Assembly (NCBI GenBank): GCA_013202295.1
Contig: JABMRT010000292.1
Coordinates: 12,486-76,485, forward strand
Origin: Candidatus Zhuqueibacterota bacterium
GTDB taxonomy: Bacteria > Zhuqueibacterota > QNDG01 > JABMRT01
Direction: 5' to 3'
Length of the DNA: 64,000 nt
In this document: piece after piece, positions 25,332 through 36,099 of the stretch
Layout: the number at the start of each line of letters is the position of its first letter
Position numbering within the stretch: position 1 is the stretch's first letter
The notes under the pieces: generated by a model
Told to the model about the DNA's origin: nothing
Database searches by the model: none
The model's input: only the letters and a program-made list of their open reading frames with translations
Translations under genes and position numbers: made by a program

Positions 25332-28300
25332 CTATTCGATTTTACGTTTGGCATAAATGAGCGCGATTTCGACTTCTTCCGGTTCGGAATCTTCACCTGT
25401 CCAAAGTTTGTGCATCCATCGCCGAAAATCATTGAGCACATAAATCAGCACCGGAAAGAAAAGCAGGATGAAGAAGGTGCCGAACGCCACGCCATAGGCC
25501 AGACTGATCGCCATGGGGATTAAAAACTGTGCCTGATGACTGCTCTCAAGGATGAGAGGAAAAAGACCGATTGCTGTGGTCAAAGTTGTCAGAATGATCG
25601 GTCGCAAACGGGACTTGCCCGCCTCGGCAATCGCCAGCGAGACCTTCTTCCCTTTAGCGACAAGACTGTTATATCTGGAAAGAAAAACAACCGCATCATT
25701 AATAATCACACCTGAAAGCGCAACCATGCCCATTGCCGATAGAATGGAAACGGGCTTGTCATGAATCCAATGGCCCCAAAAAGCGCCGACCAGGGACAAA
25801 GGAATCATCGCCAGAATAATGAGAGATTGCTCCACACTCTTGAAATGGATCATGAGAATCAGCACGATCACGAGAAAAGCAAGTGTAAAATAGGTTTGGA
25901 GTTTGTCTACTGTTTGCATGCTCTCGCGTTGCTGCCCCTGATACAGCACCTGAATGGAGGGGTATTTGGCCTTAATCTTGGGAACAATAGTCGCGTCCAC
26001 TTGAGCCAGAATATCAGGCACTGAAGCATAAGGATCAAACAGATCTGCTTCAACGCGCATCTCACGCTGGCCGTTAAACCGGCTGATGCCTACCGGGCCG
26101 CGTTTGATTGTGTAATCAGCCAATTCGGCAAGTGGATATATTCCTTGCGGAGTTTTGATCTTCATCTGTTCGAGTTGACCGATATGACTGCGATCACTTC
26201 GCGGATACCGTACCCAGACGCGAATTTCATCTCGGTTCTGCTGCAACCGCTGCACTTGATGACCATAAAATCCTTGCCGGACCTGATTGGCTATCGCAGA
26301 TTCATCCAATCCCAAAAAGGTAGCTTCGGGCTTGAGTTTGAGGAGAATCTCTTGCTTGCCCTGAGCATTGTTATCCACAATATCTTTTAGAACCGGAAAG
26401 TTCTGAAGCTCAGTAATCACCATATTCTTGGCTGCCTCAAGTTCCTCCAGATTCCGGCTCATCAGGCTGATCGAAACCGGTGATCCCCAGCGATTGCGCC
26501 CCCCAACCGTATACTTTTCAGCCTCTGGCACCGAACCGATCTTTTCCTTCACCAATGCGGCAATCTGAAGACCTGTCAGATCAATATTGGTTAAATCAGT
26601 GGAGTAAACTACAAGGCGGCCGGCGTGTGCACCGCGTTCCTGACCACTGAATGCGTTGCCCACCTGAAGCCGGGTATCGCGCACGAGATCCTCATCACGA
26701 TCCATTTGAGATTTTAAATCGTCATTCACTTCCCAAACGGCTTCTTCAAAACGGTGCAGATATCGATAAGTCTGATCCTCGCCCGAACCGGGTACAAATG
26801 CAATATTAAGCTCAAAGCTGTCAAAATCCACAACCGGGAAATAGGTATTCTTGATAAATTCCCCGGCAAATAAACCGATCGTAATCAAGAACAGCGCAAC
26901 TGGTACGGCCATGAGAACTGCCCGCCATTGAATTGCCCAGAGAATGTACGGACCATAAATATGATCTCGAAGCCAGAGGATGGTATCTTCAATGACCCGC
27001 TTGACACTGTGTTTTTTCGCTTCAAAACGTTTTCGGTTCAGGACATGTCTGTTCCCCAAATGCGCGGGCAACACAAAGAAAGCCTCGACGAGGGAAAGCA
27101 GAAGAGACACAATCACAATGAATGCCATTTCCCACTGGCTTTCCATGTTGGTGCCCTGCAGGAAAAGCAGGGGCAAAAAGGCCACGACTGTTGTGGTCAC
27201 AGAAGTCACGACAGCCGGAAGCACCTCCATGGTACCATCCACTGCGGCGAGCATGTGTCCTTTGCCTTTTTCAAAATGCGTGTATATATTCTCACCGATC
27301 ACAATGCCGTCATCGACCAGAATTCCAATCACGAGAATCATACCGAAAAGCGAGACCATATTGATCGTGATACCGTACAGATTGGCGATAATAAACATTG
27401 CGAGAAAAGAAGCAGGGATACCCCAGGCCACCCAGAAACTCACACCGAATGAAAGGAAAAGTGTCAGTGCAATCACGACGAGGATAAAACCGATCAATCC
27501 ATTATTGATGAGTACCTGAAGACGGCTGTTTAGGATTTCTAAAAAGCTGAAATTAATTCGTAATTGCACACCGGGATTGGCCTGGTTGAACTCTTCGATA
27601 TAGGTCTTGGCAAATTTATCAATTTCTTCCAGATCTTCTTCTGGTAATTTTTCGATGGAAAACGTGACAGAAGGCTGACCGCCCCTGAAAGCGGGATAAA
27701 AACTTTCCGGCGCCTGCTTTTTCACAGTCGCCACATCACGGATACGTAAAAAACCGCCTGAAGGCGTACCACGCAATGCGATATCTGCGATCTCATCCGG
27801 ATCAGTACTGCGTGATCGCAGCCGAATCATCATCTCTTCTTCACTCGATTTTATCTGGCCGCCTGAGACATCTCGATTGTTATTCCAAACCGCATTGGCC
27901 ACTTCGATCAAGCTGAGATCGTACTGTAACAGATCCGCCTCACGGATTTCAATGCTGATTTCAGGAGAAGGCGCACCGCGCAAAGTCATCTGGGTAACGA
28001 CACCGGAATTCAGAAAATCATCTTCTATTCGATAGGCATAATCTTTCAGCGTGAAAAGATCGTCCGTACCGGAAAGGGTAAGGAACAGGGCACGCGACGT
28101 ATTGCGCCGTTTGGAGACAGTCGGCCGCTCCGCAGCAGAAGGAAATGCATTGATGCCGTCCACCGCATTCTTGACTTCCATCAGAGTCTCATTGATATCA
28201 TACATGCCTGTGGTTTCGATGGAAACGCGGGAGGAGTTCTCACTTGAAGTGGAGGTGATCTCCTTGATCCCGACAATGCCCCGTACTGCCTCTTCAACGC

Positions 28301-28499
28301 GGCTGGTGACACCTTCTTCCATTTCAATCGGAGACGCGCCTGGATAGGAAACCGAGATGGAAATGAATCGGGAAGACACTTCCGGGAAAAAGGATTTTTT
28401 CATGTTTCCCAGAGATAGCAATCCGCCAATCACAATAACAGCAATCACCAGATTGGCGTAAAAAGGAAATTTAACAAAGATACTAATTAGTTTTCGCAT
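25332..28499 (-). CDS. RND efflux transporter permease (AcrB/AcrD/AcrF family)
   Basis: 1055 aa; GILVDDGIVIGE and SRLRPIILTTLTT motifs; 12-TM pattern. Confidence 0.95.
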   Translation of the reverse strand: MRKLISIFVKFPFYANLVIAVIVIGGLLSLGNMKKSFFPEVSSRFISISVSYPGASPIEMEEGVTSRVEEAVRGIVGIKEITSTSSENSSRVSIETTGMYDINETLMEVKNAVDGINAFPSAAERPTVSKRRNTSRALFLTLSGTDDLFTLKDYAYRIEDDFLNSGVVTQMTLRGAPSPEISIEIREADLLQYDLSLIEVANAVWNNNRDVSGGQIKSSEEEMMIRLRSRSTDPDEIADIALRGTPSGGFLRIRDVATVKKQAPESFYPAFRGGQPSVTFSIEKLPEEDLEEIDKFAKTYIEEFNQANPGVQLRINFSFLEILNSRLQVLINNGLIGFILVVIALTLFLSFGVSFWVAWGIPASFLAMFIIANLYGITINMVSLFGMILVIGILVDDGIVIGENIYTHFEKGKGHMLAAVDGTMEVLPAVVTSVTTTVVAFLPLLFLQGTNMESQWEMAFIVIVSLLLSLVEAFFVLPAHLGNRHVLNRKRFEAKKHSVKRVIEDTILWLRDHIYGPYILWAIQWRAVLMAVPVALFLITIGLFAGEFIKNTYFPVVDFDSFELNIAFVPGSGEDQTYRYLHRFEEAVWEVNDDLKSQMDRDEDLVRDTRLQVGNAFSGQERGAHAGRLVVYSTDLTNIDLTGLQIAALVKEKIGSVPEAEKYTVGGRNRWGSPVSISLMSRNLEELEAAKNMVITELQNFPVLKDIVDNNAQGKQEILLKLKPEATFLGLDESAIANQVRQGFYGHQVQRLQQNRDEIRVWVRYPRSDRSHIGQLEQMKIKTPQGIYPLAELADYTIKRGPVGISRFNGQREMRVEADLFDPYASVPDILAQVDATIVPKIKAKYPSIQVLYQGQQRESMQTVDKLQTYFTLAFLVIVLILMIHFKSVEQSLIILAMIPLSLVGAFWGHWIHDKPVSILSAMGMVALSGVIINDAVVFLSRYNSLVAKGKKVSLAIAEAGKSRLRPIILTTLTTAIGLFPLILESSHQAQFLIPMAISLAYGVAFGTFFILLFFPVLIYVLNDFRRWMHKLWTGEDSEPEEVEIALIYAKRKIE

Positions 28500-28513
28500 A
28501 CCTGTATCCTGAA

Positions 28514-29698
28514 CTATTGAGAAGCTGTTTCTATGGGCGGTTTTTGCAGAGAAGCAGGATCTTCGGCCTGATCCACACCCAGAATTTTAACCGGCGTATT
28601 CTCCATCACATTGATAAGCGGCTGTGTGACCACGTACACACCTGAATCAATCCCGCGGATCAGCACTGTAGTTTGATTCAACTTGACAACTTCGACTTGC
28701 TGGATCCTTAATTGCCCGTCAATCACTGTGAACACTTCATCATAATTAAATATTGTATTTCTGGGGATTTCAAGCACTTCGGTCACTATCCCCCCCTCGA
28801 ATTCTGCATTTAGATACTCACCTGCATACAGGGACAACTGACCGTTCAGAGGTACGCGGGCGAACACACTGCGGGATTGTGTGGCCACATCCACAAAATC
28901 GGAGATACGGGTCACTCGACCATGCCATACCCTCTCTTTGTCGATAGAAGCCAGTTGAACCGGATCATTGGGCCGAATCCACCCGGTACTTTCATTCCCG
29001 ACTGGAATCTCAACTTCGAGGGCATCTGTGGCAATCATCTTACCAATGCGCCCCCCCGTATTGGTATACGCACCGGCTTCGACATACACATCCAGAAATG
29101 CACCCTTAAACGGAGCAAGAATCGTATGTCGTGAAAGTTTAAGTTCAGCTTGTTGAACTGCGAAATATTCAGCGAGTACATTTCGGCTCGCCAGGAAAAT
29201 GCGTATGGATTCGGATTCATATTCCGGGAGCGGCGGCAATTCATTGTTTAGCTGAATCGAGTTGAAAAAAGATTGAAAGGAGGCGTACTGGTCTGGGAAA
29301 TCCACACGGATATCGGGGAGCAGATTGGCAATAGTATTCAGAAACTGACTTTTCTGAGCGCTCAAAGCCAGTTCAGCCTCATCCTTATAGATCGTTAGAA
29401 GAACCTGACCCTTCTGAAAATTCTGACCTTTTTTCAGAGGGACTTCTCCTGATTCCACACGTCCGGAAGCTTCAGCTACCAGCTCGACTTCTGCGGTGCT
29501 AACCACGCGTCCTTTGGCAATTACAGAGGAGAGAACATCCCCATAAGCAGCCATTTCAGCACGAACCCAACGATCACCCGGCACCGGCGGCCTGACCGGA
29601 AGGTCCTGCTTCTGAGCGATCAGCAGCCGCATCAGGCCGAAACTACCGAGGAGGATGGCCGCGATACTGCCAATAATAATACGCTGTCGTTTTGTCAT
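28514..29698 (-). CDS. RND periplasmic adaptor (membrane fusion protein)
   Basis: N-terminal anchor, VAEASGRVE..KKGQ..KGQVL lipoyl half, ILAPFKG. Confidence 0.92.
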   Translation of the reverse strand: MTKRQRIIIGSIAAILLGSFGLMRLLIAQKQDLPVRPPVPGDRWVRAEMAAYGDVLSSVIAKGRVVSTAEVELVAEASGRVESGEVPLKKGQNFQKGQVLLTIYKDEAELALSAQKSQFLNTIANLLPDIRVDFPDQYASFQSFFNSIQLNNELPPLPEYESESIRIFLASRNVLAEYFAVQQAELKLSRHTILAPFKGAFLDVYVEAGAYTNTGGRIGKMIATDALEVEIPVGNESTGWIRPNDPVQLASIDKERVWHGRVTRISDFVDVATQSRSVFARVPLNGQLSLYAGEYLNAEFEGGIVTEVLEIPRNTIFNYDEVFTVIDGQLRIQQVEVVKLNQTTVLIRGIDSGVYVVTQPLINVMENTPVKILGVDQAEDPASLQKPPIETASQ

Positions 29699-29936
29699 TT
29701 TCCGATTTTCCTTATTGAGATTTTGCTTATTGTATCACAATTCAAATATATATAATTAACATAATTTTGACAAATGAATATACAATTATATTCCCCTTTC
29801 AACCGTAAAAGAATGTCATATGTTCCGTGGTTTATTAGTCGGAATTTTAGAGAGGTAGAATAACACATTTCTGATTCTAGGAAATGGAGCATCATTCATT
29901 TACGAATTTAGGGTAATGTGAGAGTTTATACTATTG

Positions 29937-30263
29937 TTATGATTTCTTCTTTTTGGGCTTGGGTACAGGCAGTTCTTGTGCTGTAATTCTAACCAAATTA
30001 CTGATCCATTCCCGATCGTCAATTTTGTCTTCAATAAGAAAAGACAATTTTGCTCCCGGGTAGGCTGGCGCCTCGACGACATCTTCTATGAAGACTCGTC
30101 CTCCCTCAGTGGGTTTGATAAACAGTTGATTGTCGCAAATCAGTGCGACAACTTTCGCATTGCAATAAACCGCATACTCGCCAAACATTTTTTTGAATCT
30201 GATTTCACCTGCATCTTCTATCTGATCAACCACAAATTCAACAAAACTTAAATCTGATGCCAT
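29937..30263 (-). CDS. TfoX/Sxy N-terminal-domain family protein
   Basis: KKMFGEYAVYCN.KVVALICDNQLFIKP motif. Confidence 0.88.
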   Translation of the reverse strand: MASDLSFVEFVVDQIEDAGEIRFKKMFGEYAVYCNAKVVALICDNQLFIKPTEGGRVFIEDVVEAPAYPGAKLSFLIEDKIDDREWISNLVRITAQELPVPKPKKKKS

Positions 30264-30294
30264 TTTATTGCCTTTTTATTGTTTGATTTACCTT

Positions 30295-30782
30295 GTTCCC
30301 AGACTCTGTCTGGGAACAACAAAACCTGAATCTTATTGGGGTTCCCAGTCAGAGACTGGGAACCAGAGAAAATCCCTTCGGGAAACCGATATTATTTGTA
30401 TTTATCATATTCAATTGAATATTGATCGCGCCAGGGTTCTACCCTGGTGCGAATATTATGCGAGGATTCAATCCTCGCTTCTTTCGAGCCCAAAGGTGTA
30501 AACCTTTGGGCGATCAAGTCAAAAACTGGGAACCAGAGAATAATTCTGCAAACAACTGAGCGTCTCTGCTTAAAATGCAAATATTGATGTCGCACAAGAT
30601 GAATATAATCTGACTGAAATATAATAACACATTTTGGAAATGCAAAGTGTTTTTAGAACCACCATTTCGTAGGGGCGGACGGCTGTCCGCCCTTACATTC
30701 TTTATATAAATATTTTTCCGGATAACAGAATTGAAGGAATTAAAAAGAGAGAATGAGCACGGGCAGACTCTGCCCGTGCTCA
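30295..30782. repeat. Intergenic mosaic of seven short palindromes (BIME-like)
   Basis: Hairpins at 30295-30317, 30341-30363, 30431-30447, 30460-30478, 30488-30511, 30669-30696 and 30754-30782. Confidence 0.8.
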
Positions 30783-30788
30783 CAGATG

Positions 30789-33035
30789 CTACAGCATATA
30801 CGCGTAACCCAATTTCGCGAATATTGTACGGTTGGTCTGTGTCATGTCAATCTGATTATCGCCATAATAGTCGTCGGAGTATCCGAGAAAGAAAACCGTT
30901 TGTGGATTGATCTTATATGAGAAGAGAAACTGCGTGAACAATCCTTTTGACCGCGGATCGGTCTCTTCATCATTATAAAGCGCCACATTTCGCTCATAAT
31001 CACGGTATTGAAAAATTCCCCGCAAGAAAGTCCTCTTTGTAAACTGATAGATCACCCGAAGCATCCCGATATTGGCCGTATATAACCAGCCTTGATCCAC
31101 ATCCAAACGTTCCCAGGTATAATTGGTCTCCACCTTTAAACGAAGCCCGAGCCTCAGTTCCACTTCAGGGCTGATTCGAAGTCGCTCACCCAGCTGACAA
31201 TTCGCATAATCGATCTGATCGCCATATTGCGCGTAAATATGCATCCAGATCAAACCTGAGGGACGTAAACCCGTGCAACCCTGAATCCAGTTCCCGCGGT
31301 ATTTCTCGCCATCATACATATTATGGCCAACCTCTCCATACAACATCGCGTGAGATTGCATGGGGCCTTCATAATTTAGTCTGATTGACTGCACCTTATG
31401 TAAAGGATTATTAAATTTGTCACGTTTGTAATTAAAGCTGGTATACGCACCGAGCCAGGTAAACCAGCTTCCGGGATCTCGTTGAAGCCGGTAGGATCCT
31501 CCAACTTCAGTATACGTAAATCCGGCCTGTGTCATGAATCCCATATCGGCGCGGAAATCTTCATCAACCTGCCGGAAAAAGGAATATACTTCCCAGTTTC
31601 GAGTGTCATGTCCATAATAGAATTGATAGGCCATGCCATCAAATTCAGATTCGGGTTGATCAAAATTCGCGACAATCGAATCAGGATACTGCGTTCGTGA
31701 TCCGGATACCTGAAAACGGATATGATCGGTTTGAGTGAACTTGATATCGCCGTCAAATCCGACAAGCCGGTTATAGTAAGCATCTCCCTCGCGATCTGTC
31801 ATGATCACACCCAGATTACTGGATTCTCCCACATCCCTCTTATAACGAAACACAGATCCGGTTGATCTGCGATCCTCTGATCTTGAGCTTGATCCTTCAG
31901 CGCTGGGAATCATAAAGTTGGTCAGTTCATCCTGCACCGTGAAATAGCCGATGCCATGGGGTCCCTCTTTGCCCGTGAGTTTTGCGCCCCAGATTGGTTC
32001 TGCCATAGTGCGTGTGTATACAATGTTTAGCGGTGTGGAAAAGAAATCCTGTCCTTCGAGGAAAAATGGTCGCTTTTCAGGATACCAGAGCGCGAACTGT
32101 GTGTTGATGTCAAGCTGGACAATATCGGCCTCAATATTGGAGAAGTCAGGATTCACTGTGGCACCAAGGGTCAAATTGGGAGTAAAACCCCACTTCGCGG
32201 TAATTCCTGGATCAAGTTCTTTGCGGCTGGTGTTAAAAGGACCGGATGTATAATCTTCTCTCTCCTGAGTGACGATGCCGGAAACAGTGGGATCGAATTC
32301 AATATTTTTACCCGGTGATGCGCCGGCAAATCCGATCATCTTGAGGGACTGGCACATGTAACAGTTGTTATCCCTATCGCGGGGAAAGGAGCCGATATGA
32401 TGCCGCACGCTGCGCGGATAACTCCGCACCACATCAAATCCCCAGATCATGTCTTCGCTGGAACGGGGAAAACCAAGCGCGCGGAAGGGAATGGCCATTT
32501 CCACGAAGTAGCCTTCATTTGTGACTTTACCATCGGATTCCCAAATCGCGTCCCAGGCGTCGCCACCACCAGTCGGCGTTTCAATCATATCACCTTGAAT
32601 GCCGAATGGATTGCATACAAAATCGTAGGTACGGCGCTGATCGTTGAAGGTATCAAAGAGGATGAGAATCCAGTCATCGTCCCAGATGTTGTCACGGTCA
32701 GTAAAATGCGCACGAATCTGACTCGGGTCCGGATCATAACAGCGAAAACCGATAAAAACATGTGATTCAGTATATAGAAATAACGCTTTCGTTTTGACGG
32801 GCGCATCAATGTTCTCACCTGGACGTACTTCGATGTTGGCGTCTACAACCAGCGCCTGCTCCCAAATGGCTTCATCAAGCACACCATCCACCACAATCTG
32901 CTCATTGACTTTGGGAATTCTGAAAGGCACCTTTTCTTCGGGGATCTCCTCCTGGATTTCTTGAGATGCATTGGCCAGGGTTGTGATTAGAATAAAGCTT
33001 GAAATCAGAATTGAAAAGTACTTTTGCATGGACAT
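30789..33035 (-). CDS. CBM9-like + DUF5916 outer-membrane protein
   Basis: VDGVLDEAIW, DNIWDDDWI..FDTFND, GATVNPDFS.IEAD..D.N.QFAL.YPEKRPFFLEG motifs. Confidence 0.88.
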   Translation of the reverse strand: MSMQKYFSILISSFILITTLANASQEIQEEIPEEKVPFRIPKVNEQIVVDGVLDEAIWEQALVVDANIEVRPGENIDAPVKTKALFLYTESHVFIGFRCYDPDPSQIRAHFTDRDNIWDDDWILILFDTFNDQRRTYDFVCNPFGIQGDMIETPTGGGDAWDAIWESDGKVTNEGYFVEMAIPFRALGFPRSSEDMIWGFDVVRSYPRSVRHHIGSFPRDRDNNCYMCQSLKMIGFAGASPGKNIEFDPTVSGIVTQEREDYTSGPFNTSRKELDPGITAKWGFTPNLTLGATVNPDFSNIEADIVQLDINTQFALWYPEKRPFFLEGQDFFSTPLNIVYTRTMAEPIWGAKLTGKEGPHGIGYFTVQDELTNFMIPSAEGSSSRSEDRRSTGSVFRYKRDVGESSNLGVIMTDREGDAYYNRLVGFDGDIKFTQTDHIRFQVSGSRTQYPDSIVANFDQPESEFDGMAYQFYYGHDTRNWEVYSFFRQVDEDFRADMGFMTQAGFTYTEVGGSYRLQRDPGSWFTWLGAYTSFNYKRDKFNNPLHKVQSIRLNYEGPMQSHAMLYGEVGHNMYDGEKYRGNWIQGCTGLRPSGLIWMHIYAQYGDQIDYANCQLGERLRISPEVELRLGLRLKVETNYTWERLDVDQGWLYTANIGMLRVIYQFTKRTFLRGIFQYRDYERNVALYNDEETDPRSKGLFTQFLFSYKINPQTVFFLGYSDDYYGDNQIDMTQTNRTIFAKLGYAYML

Positions 33036-33279
33036 GTCTCCCGGAAAGGTTTTAACTACAAAATAAAACGTGGTCAAATTATTAGACGGAAAAATTGGAT
33101 AAAGGGTTGAATACTTTTACATTTCATGACATCTTGCTCTGTAATTATTCATATTAGGATAATACAGTGAAGCTGTTGAAGTTTCATTTGTTGGATTTGT
33201 GTTTTAGATCACGGCACATTTTAGTAAAAATATCCGTAGACTAATCCATATCCCAACCATACATGGAGAAAATATCAGG

Positions 33280-34836
33280 ATGAATAATAATACTCTGAAA
33301 TTGGACCGAACTGACTGGTTCCTTCTCGGCATTCCTGCTTTGGCTGCGATCATTCTACACCTGATAACAATCAATGAGTTTGGATATTTTCGCGATGAAT
33401 TCTACTATCTCGCCTGCACCGACCACCTGACGTTCGGGTATGTGGATCAGCCCCCACTCTCAATCTTCATTCTCAAACTGGTAAGAATGATCATGGGTGA
33501 TTCGCTGATTGCCATCCGGATTCTGCCTGCCTTAACACACGGCATCGTGGTTTTCATGGCCGGAATATTTGCACATGCTTTGAGTGGTGGACGATTCGCC
33601 ATATTGCTCGGAGGGTTGGCTGCATTGGCGCCTGTCGGCAATCTCTTTGTATTTCACTATTTTTCCATGAACTCTCTGGATATCCTCATCTGGCAATTGC
33701 TGATCTTTATTGTCATTCGGATTATCCAAACCGACAACACGCGCCTCTGGCTATTATTTGGATTAATCGCGGGAATTGGCCTTCAGAATAAAATCTCTAT
33801 TTTATTTCTGGGATTTGGATTGATCATCGGACTGTTTTTAACACCCCTTCGAAAACAGTTGAAGGATAAAAATCTCTGGCTTGGTGCGGCCATTGCCGGA
33901 TTGCTCTTTCTACCCTACATCATTTGGAACGCCACACACAACTGGCCGATGCTGGAATTCATGCACAATGCCAAAACCTTTAAGATGGCTGCGGTGTCGC
34001 AAGTCGGATTTTTCATGGGCCAGCTCCTCTACAACAATCCCCTTGCAGTGATATTTTGGATGGCTGGTTTGGGCTTTCTTATTTTTCATCCTCAAGGAAA
34101 GCAGTATCGGATTTTCGGATGGATGTTTCTCGCCATCTATATCCTTTTCACCATTCAGCAGGCAAAGGATTATTATACCGCAGCCATATACCCGATCCTG
34201 TTTGCTGCAGGTGCTGTCATCTGGGAACGTTGGCTCAAATCGGGTTGGCGAATCTGGCTTCGGCCGGTTCTCATCCTCTATCTAATATTAGCCATTGGAT
34301 GCTTTGTTCCCTTCGTACTACCCATACTTTCTGTTGAAAAAACCGTTGCCTATATTCAGGCATCTGGTATTCAGGGCACTGCAGGCGAAAACCATGAAAT
34401 GGGCGTGCTGCCGCAACATTTCGCAGATATGCACGGCTGGGAGGAAATGGTTGAAACAGTTGGGGATGTTTATGCCGATTTATCAGAGAAAGAACAGGTT
34501 AACTGCCTGATCTACGTACGAAATTACGGTCAGGCAGGCGCCATCGATCTGCTCGGCAAGAAATACAGACTGCCTAAAGCCACATGCGCACACAATAACT
34601 ATTGGCTCTGGGGCCCAACTAACTGGGATGGAAAAGTCGCCATCATTTTGGGATGGTCCCAAAATGTGCTGGAAAATTTATCGGATCTCGAACAACGCTT
34701 CGAAAGCGTGGAGCATGCTGCAACATTCACACATCCCTACAACATGCCCTATGAAAGCAACCGCCACTGGTTCATCTGTCGCAATGCCAACTTCAGCTTC
34801 ACCGAAATCTGGCAACACGAAAAACATTATAATTGA
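33280..34836 (+). CDS. Glycosyltransferase family 39 / ArnT-like membrane protein
   Basis: YFRDEFYYL..GYVDQPPL motif; multiple TM helices. Confidence 0.88.
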   Translation: MNNNTLKLDRTDWFLLGIPALAAIILHLITINEFGYFRDEFYYLACTDHLTFGYVDQPPLSIFILKLVRMIMGDSLIAIRILPALTHGIVVFMAGIFAHALSGGRFAILLGGLAALAPVGNLFVFHYFSMNSLDILIWQLLIFIVIRIIQTDNTRLWLLFGLIAGIGLQNKISILFLGFGLIIGLFLTPLRKQLKDKNLWLGAAIAGLLFLPYIIWNATHNWPMLEFMHNAKTFKMAAVSQVGFFMGQLLYNNPLAVIFWMAGLGFLIFHPQGKQYRIFGWMFLAIYILFTIQQAKDYYTAAIYPILFAAGAVIWERWLKSGWRIWLRPVLILYLILAIGCFVPFVLPILSVEKTVAYIQASGIQGTAGENHEMGVLPQHFADMHGWEEMVETVGDVYADLSEKEQVNCLIYVRNYGQAGAIDLLGKKYRLPKATCAHNNYWLWGPTNWDGKVAIILGWSQNVLENLSDLEQRFESVEHAATFTHPYNMPYESNRHWFICRNANFSFTEIWQHEKHYN

Positions 34837-34884
34837 TTCATTCAAACCTGCCAAGTTTTAAAACCTTGGAGGTTTTATGGAGAG

Positions 34885-35247
34885 CTACTGATTAACCAAC
34901 CACTCTTTTGCTTCATCAATCGTTTCACTCGCTGTAAGAGGCATGCCGGTGACCCGAGTAACGGACCGCATGAGCATCATGCGAATGGTGCCCACACCCA
35001 CTACGGTTGTGGCGATCATATGGGGTTTGCACACTTTTGCGGATGCGTATAAAGCATTCATAATTTCCGGAGTCCCCGGTGTACCCCGAACATCCACGAG
35101 GAGTCGGACAGAAGAGTTAGGCGCACTGGTAATGGTGTCTGTTACAGAATCCACTTCATTTTGAAATATTTCTATATCTTTATCAAAATCATTATAAGCA
35201 GCGTAGAGGATATGTTTCCCCTGGTGTTCGATCCATTTTGACTTCAC
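34885..35247 (-). CDS. STAS/SpoIIAA-like small protein
   Basis: RLLVDVRG ... TIDEAKEWL pattern; 120 aa. Confidence 0.6.
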   Translation of the reverse strand: MKSKWIEHQGKHILYAAYNDFDKDIEIFQNEVDSVTDTITSAPNSSVRLLVDVRGTPGTPEIMNALYASAKVCKPHMIATTVVGVGTIRMMLMRSVTRVTGMPLTASETIDEAKEWLVNQ

Positions 35248-35279
35248 TCGACCTCCGTAATAAAATTTCCCATTTCATT

Positions 35280-36029
35280 TTACAATCCATTCTTCTGCCA
35301 GGCTGACCTAGCCCGGCAAATCTCCTTTTGATCAGATTCGCGAATCAAACTATGAACAAAATTCATGCCGTCCACCTCATCCTGTTTCAATTGGACCACA
35401 TCACCGGACAGGGCTTCAGACTGAAATAGAATTTCGAATTCTCGAAGTTGATGCGACTTATGGAAATCCAGTGGCATACTATCCAGAACCCACTCGATGT
35501 ATCGGATGTTATTCACATGCTCATTCACATCCAAATCAGCAAAGCTCACTGGGTATCCACGTTGCACTATTTCCGATTCGACCGGAGGAACCTTTATCAG
35601 GGCTTCCGGCCATACCTTTTCGGCTGCATTATAATCCGTATGAAAATCGAGCTTGTCCCTACTCGGTCTTCGATTTTCCAGATCCACTATAATCCACTTC
35701 GTGGTTGCGACTCCGACTGGCAAATCATTTATTAAAATACAATAATCGCGAAAATAATAAATCCTCTCATTGCGGGAAGGCCAGGTTTGTACCTGAATGG
35801 TATCGTTCCATTTGGGATATTGATTCATGCGAATGGCTAGGCCCAGTAACATCCATATTTTATTTTGCCTCGACAACGCTGAATGACCGACACCTAAATG
35901 CTCAGCGTGATAGTAAGCGGATTCCTGCAGGTACCGGCATAGATTCGGAACCGTCACCCGGCCATACATATCGACTTCATATGAGTGAACAAGATAAGAG
36001 CTGGGCCATACTTGTTTGAATTCTGACAT
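35280..36029 (-). CDS. Acyl-ACP thioesterase (FatA/B-like, double hot-dog)
   Basis: VHSYEVD.YG, DLDVNEHVNN..YIEW motifs. Confidence 0.9.
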   Translation of the reverse strand: MSEFKQVWPSSYLVHSYEVDMYGRVTVPNLCRYLQESAYYHAEHLGVGHSALSRQNKIWMLLGLAIRMNQYPKWNDTIQVQTWPSRNERIYYFRDYCILINDLPVGVATTKWIIVDLENRRPSRDKLDFHTDYNAAEKVWPEALIKVPPVESEIVQRGYPVSFADLDVNEHVNNIRYIEWVLDSMPLDFHKSHQLREFEILFQSEALSGDVVQLKQDEVDGMNFVHSLIRESDQKEICRARSAWQKNGL

Positions 36030-36099
36030 AATAAATATCTTCCTTCCTTTGTTCGCAAACTCCTGTTTGTGAACGAACCAAACATGGAATAGTGAATGG

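Noticed and set aside
29860-29940. Possible attC after tfoX (stop codon within CATAAC, distal GTTAT)
   Set aside because: The arms are not complementary and there is no L box.
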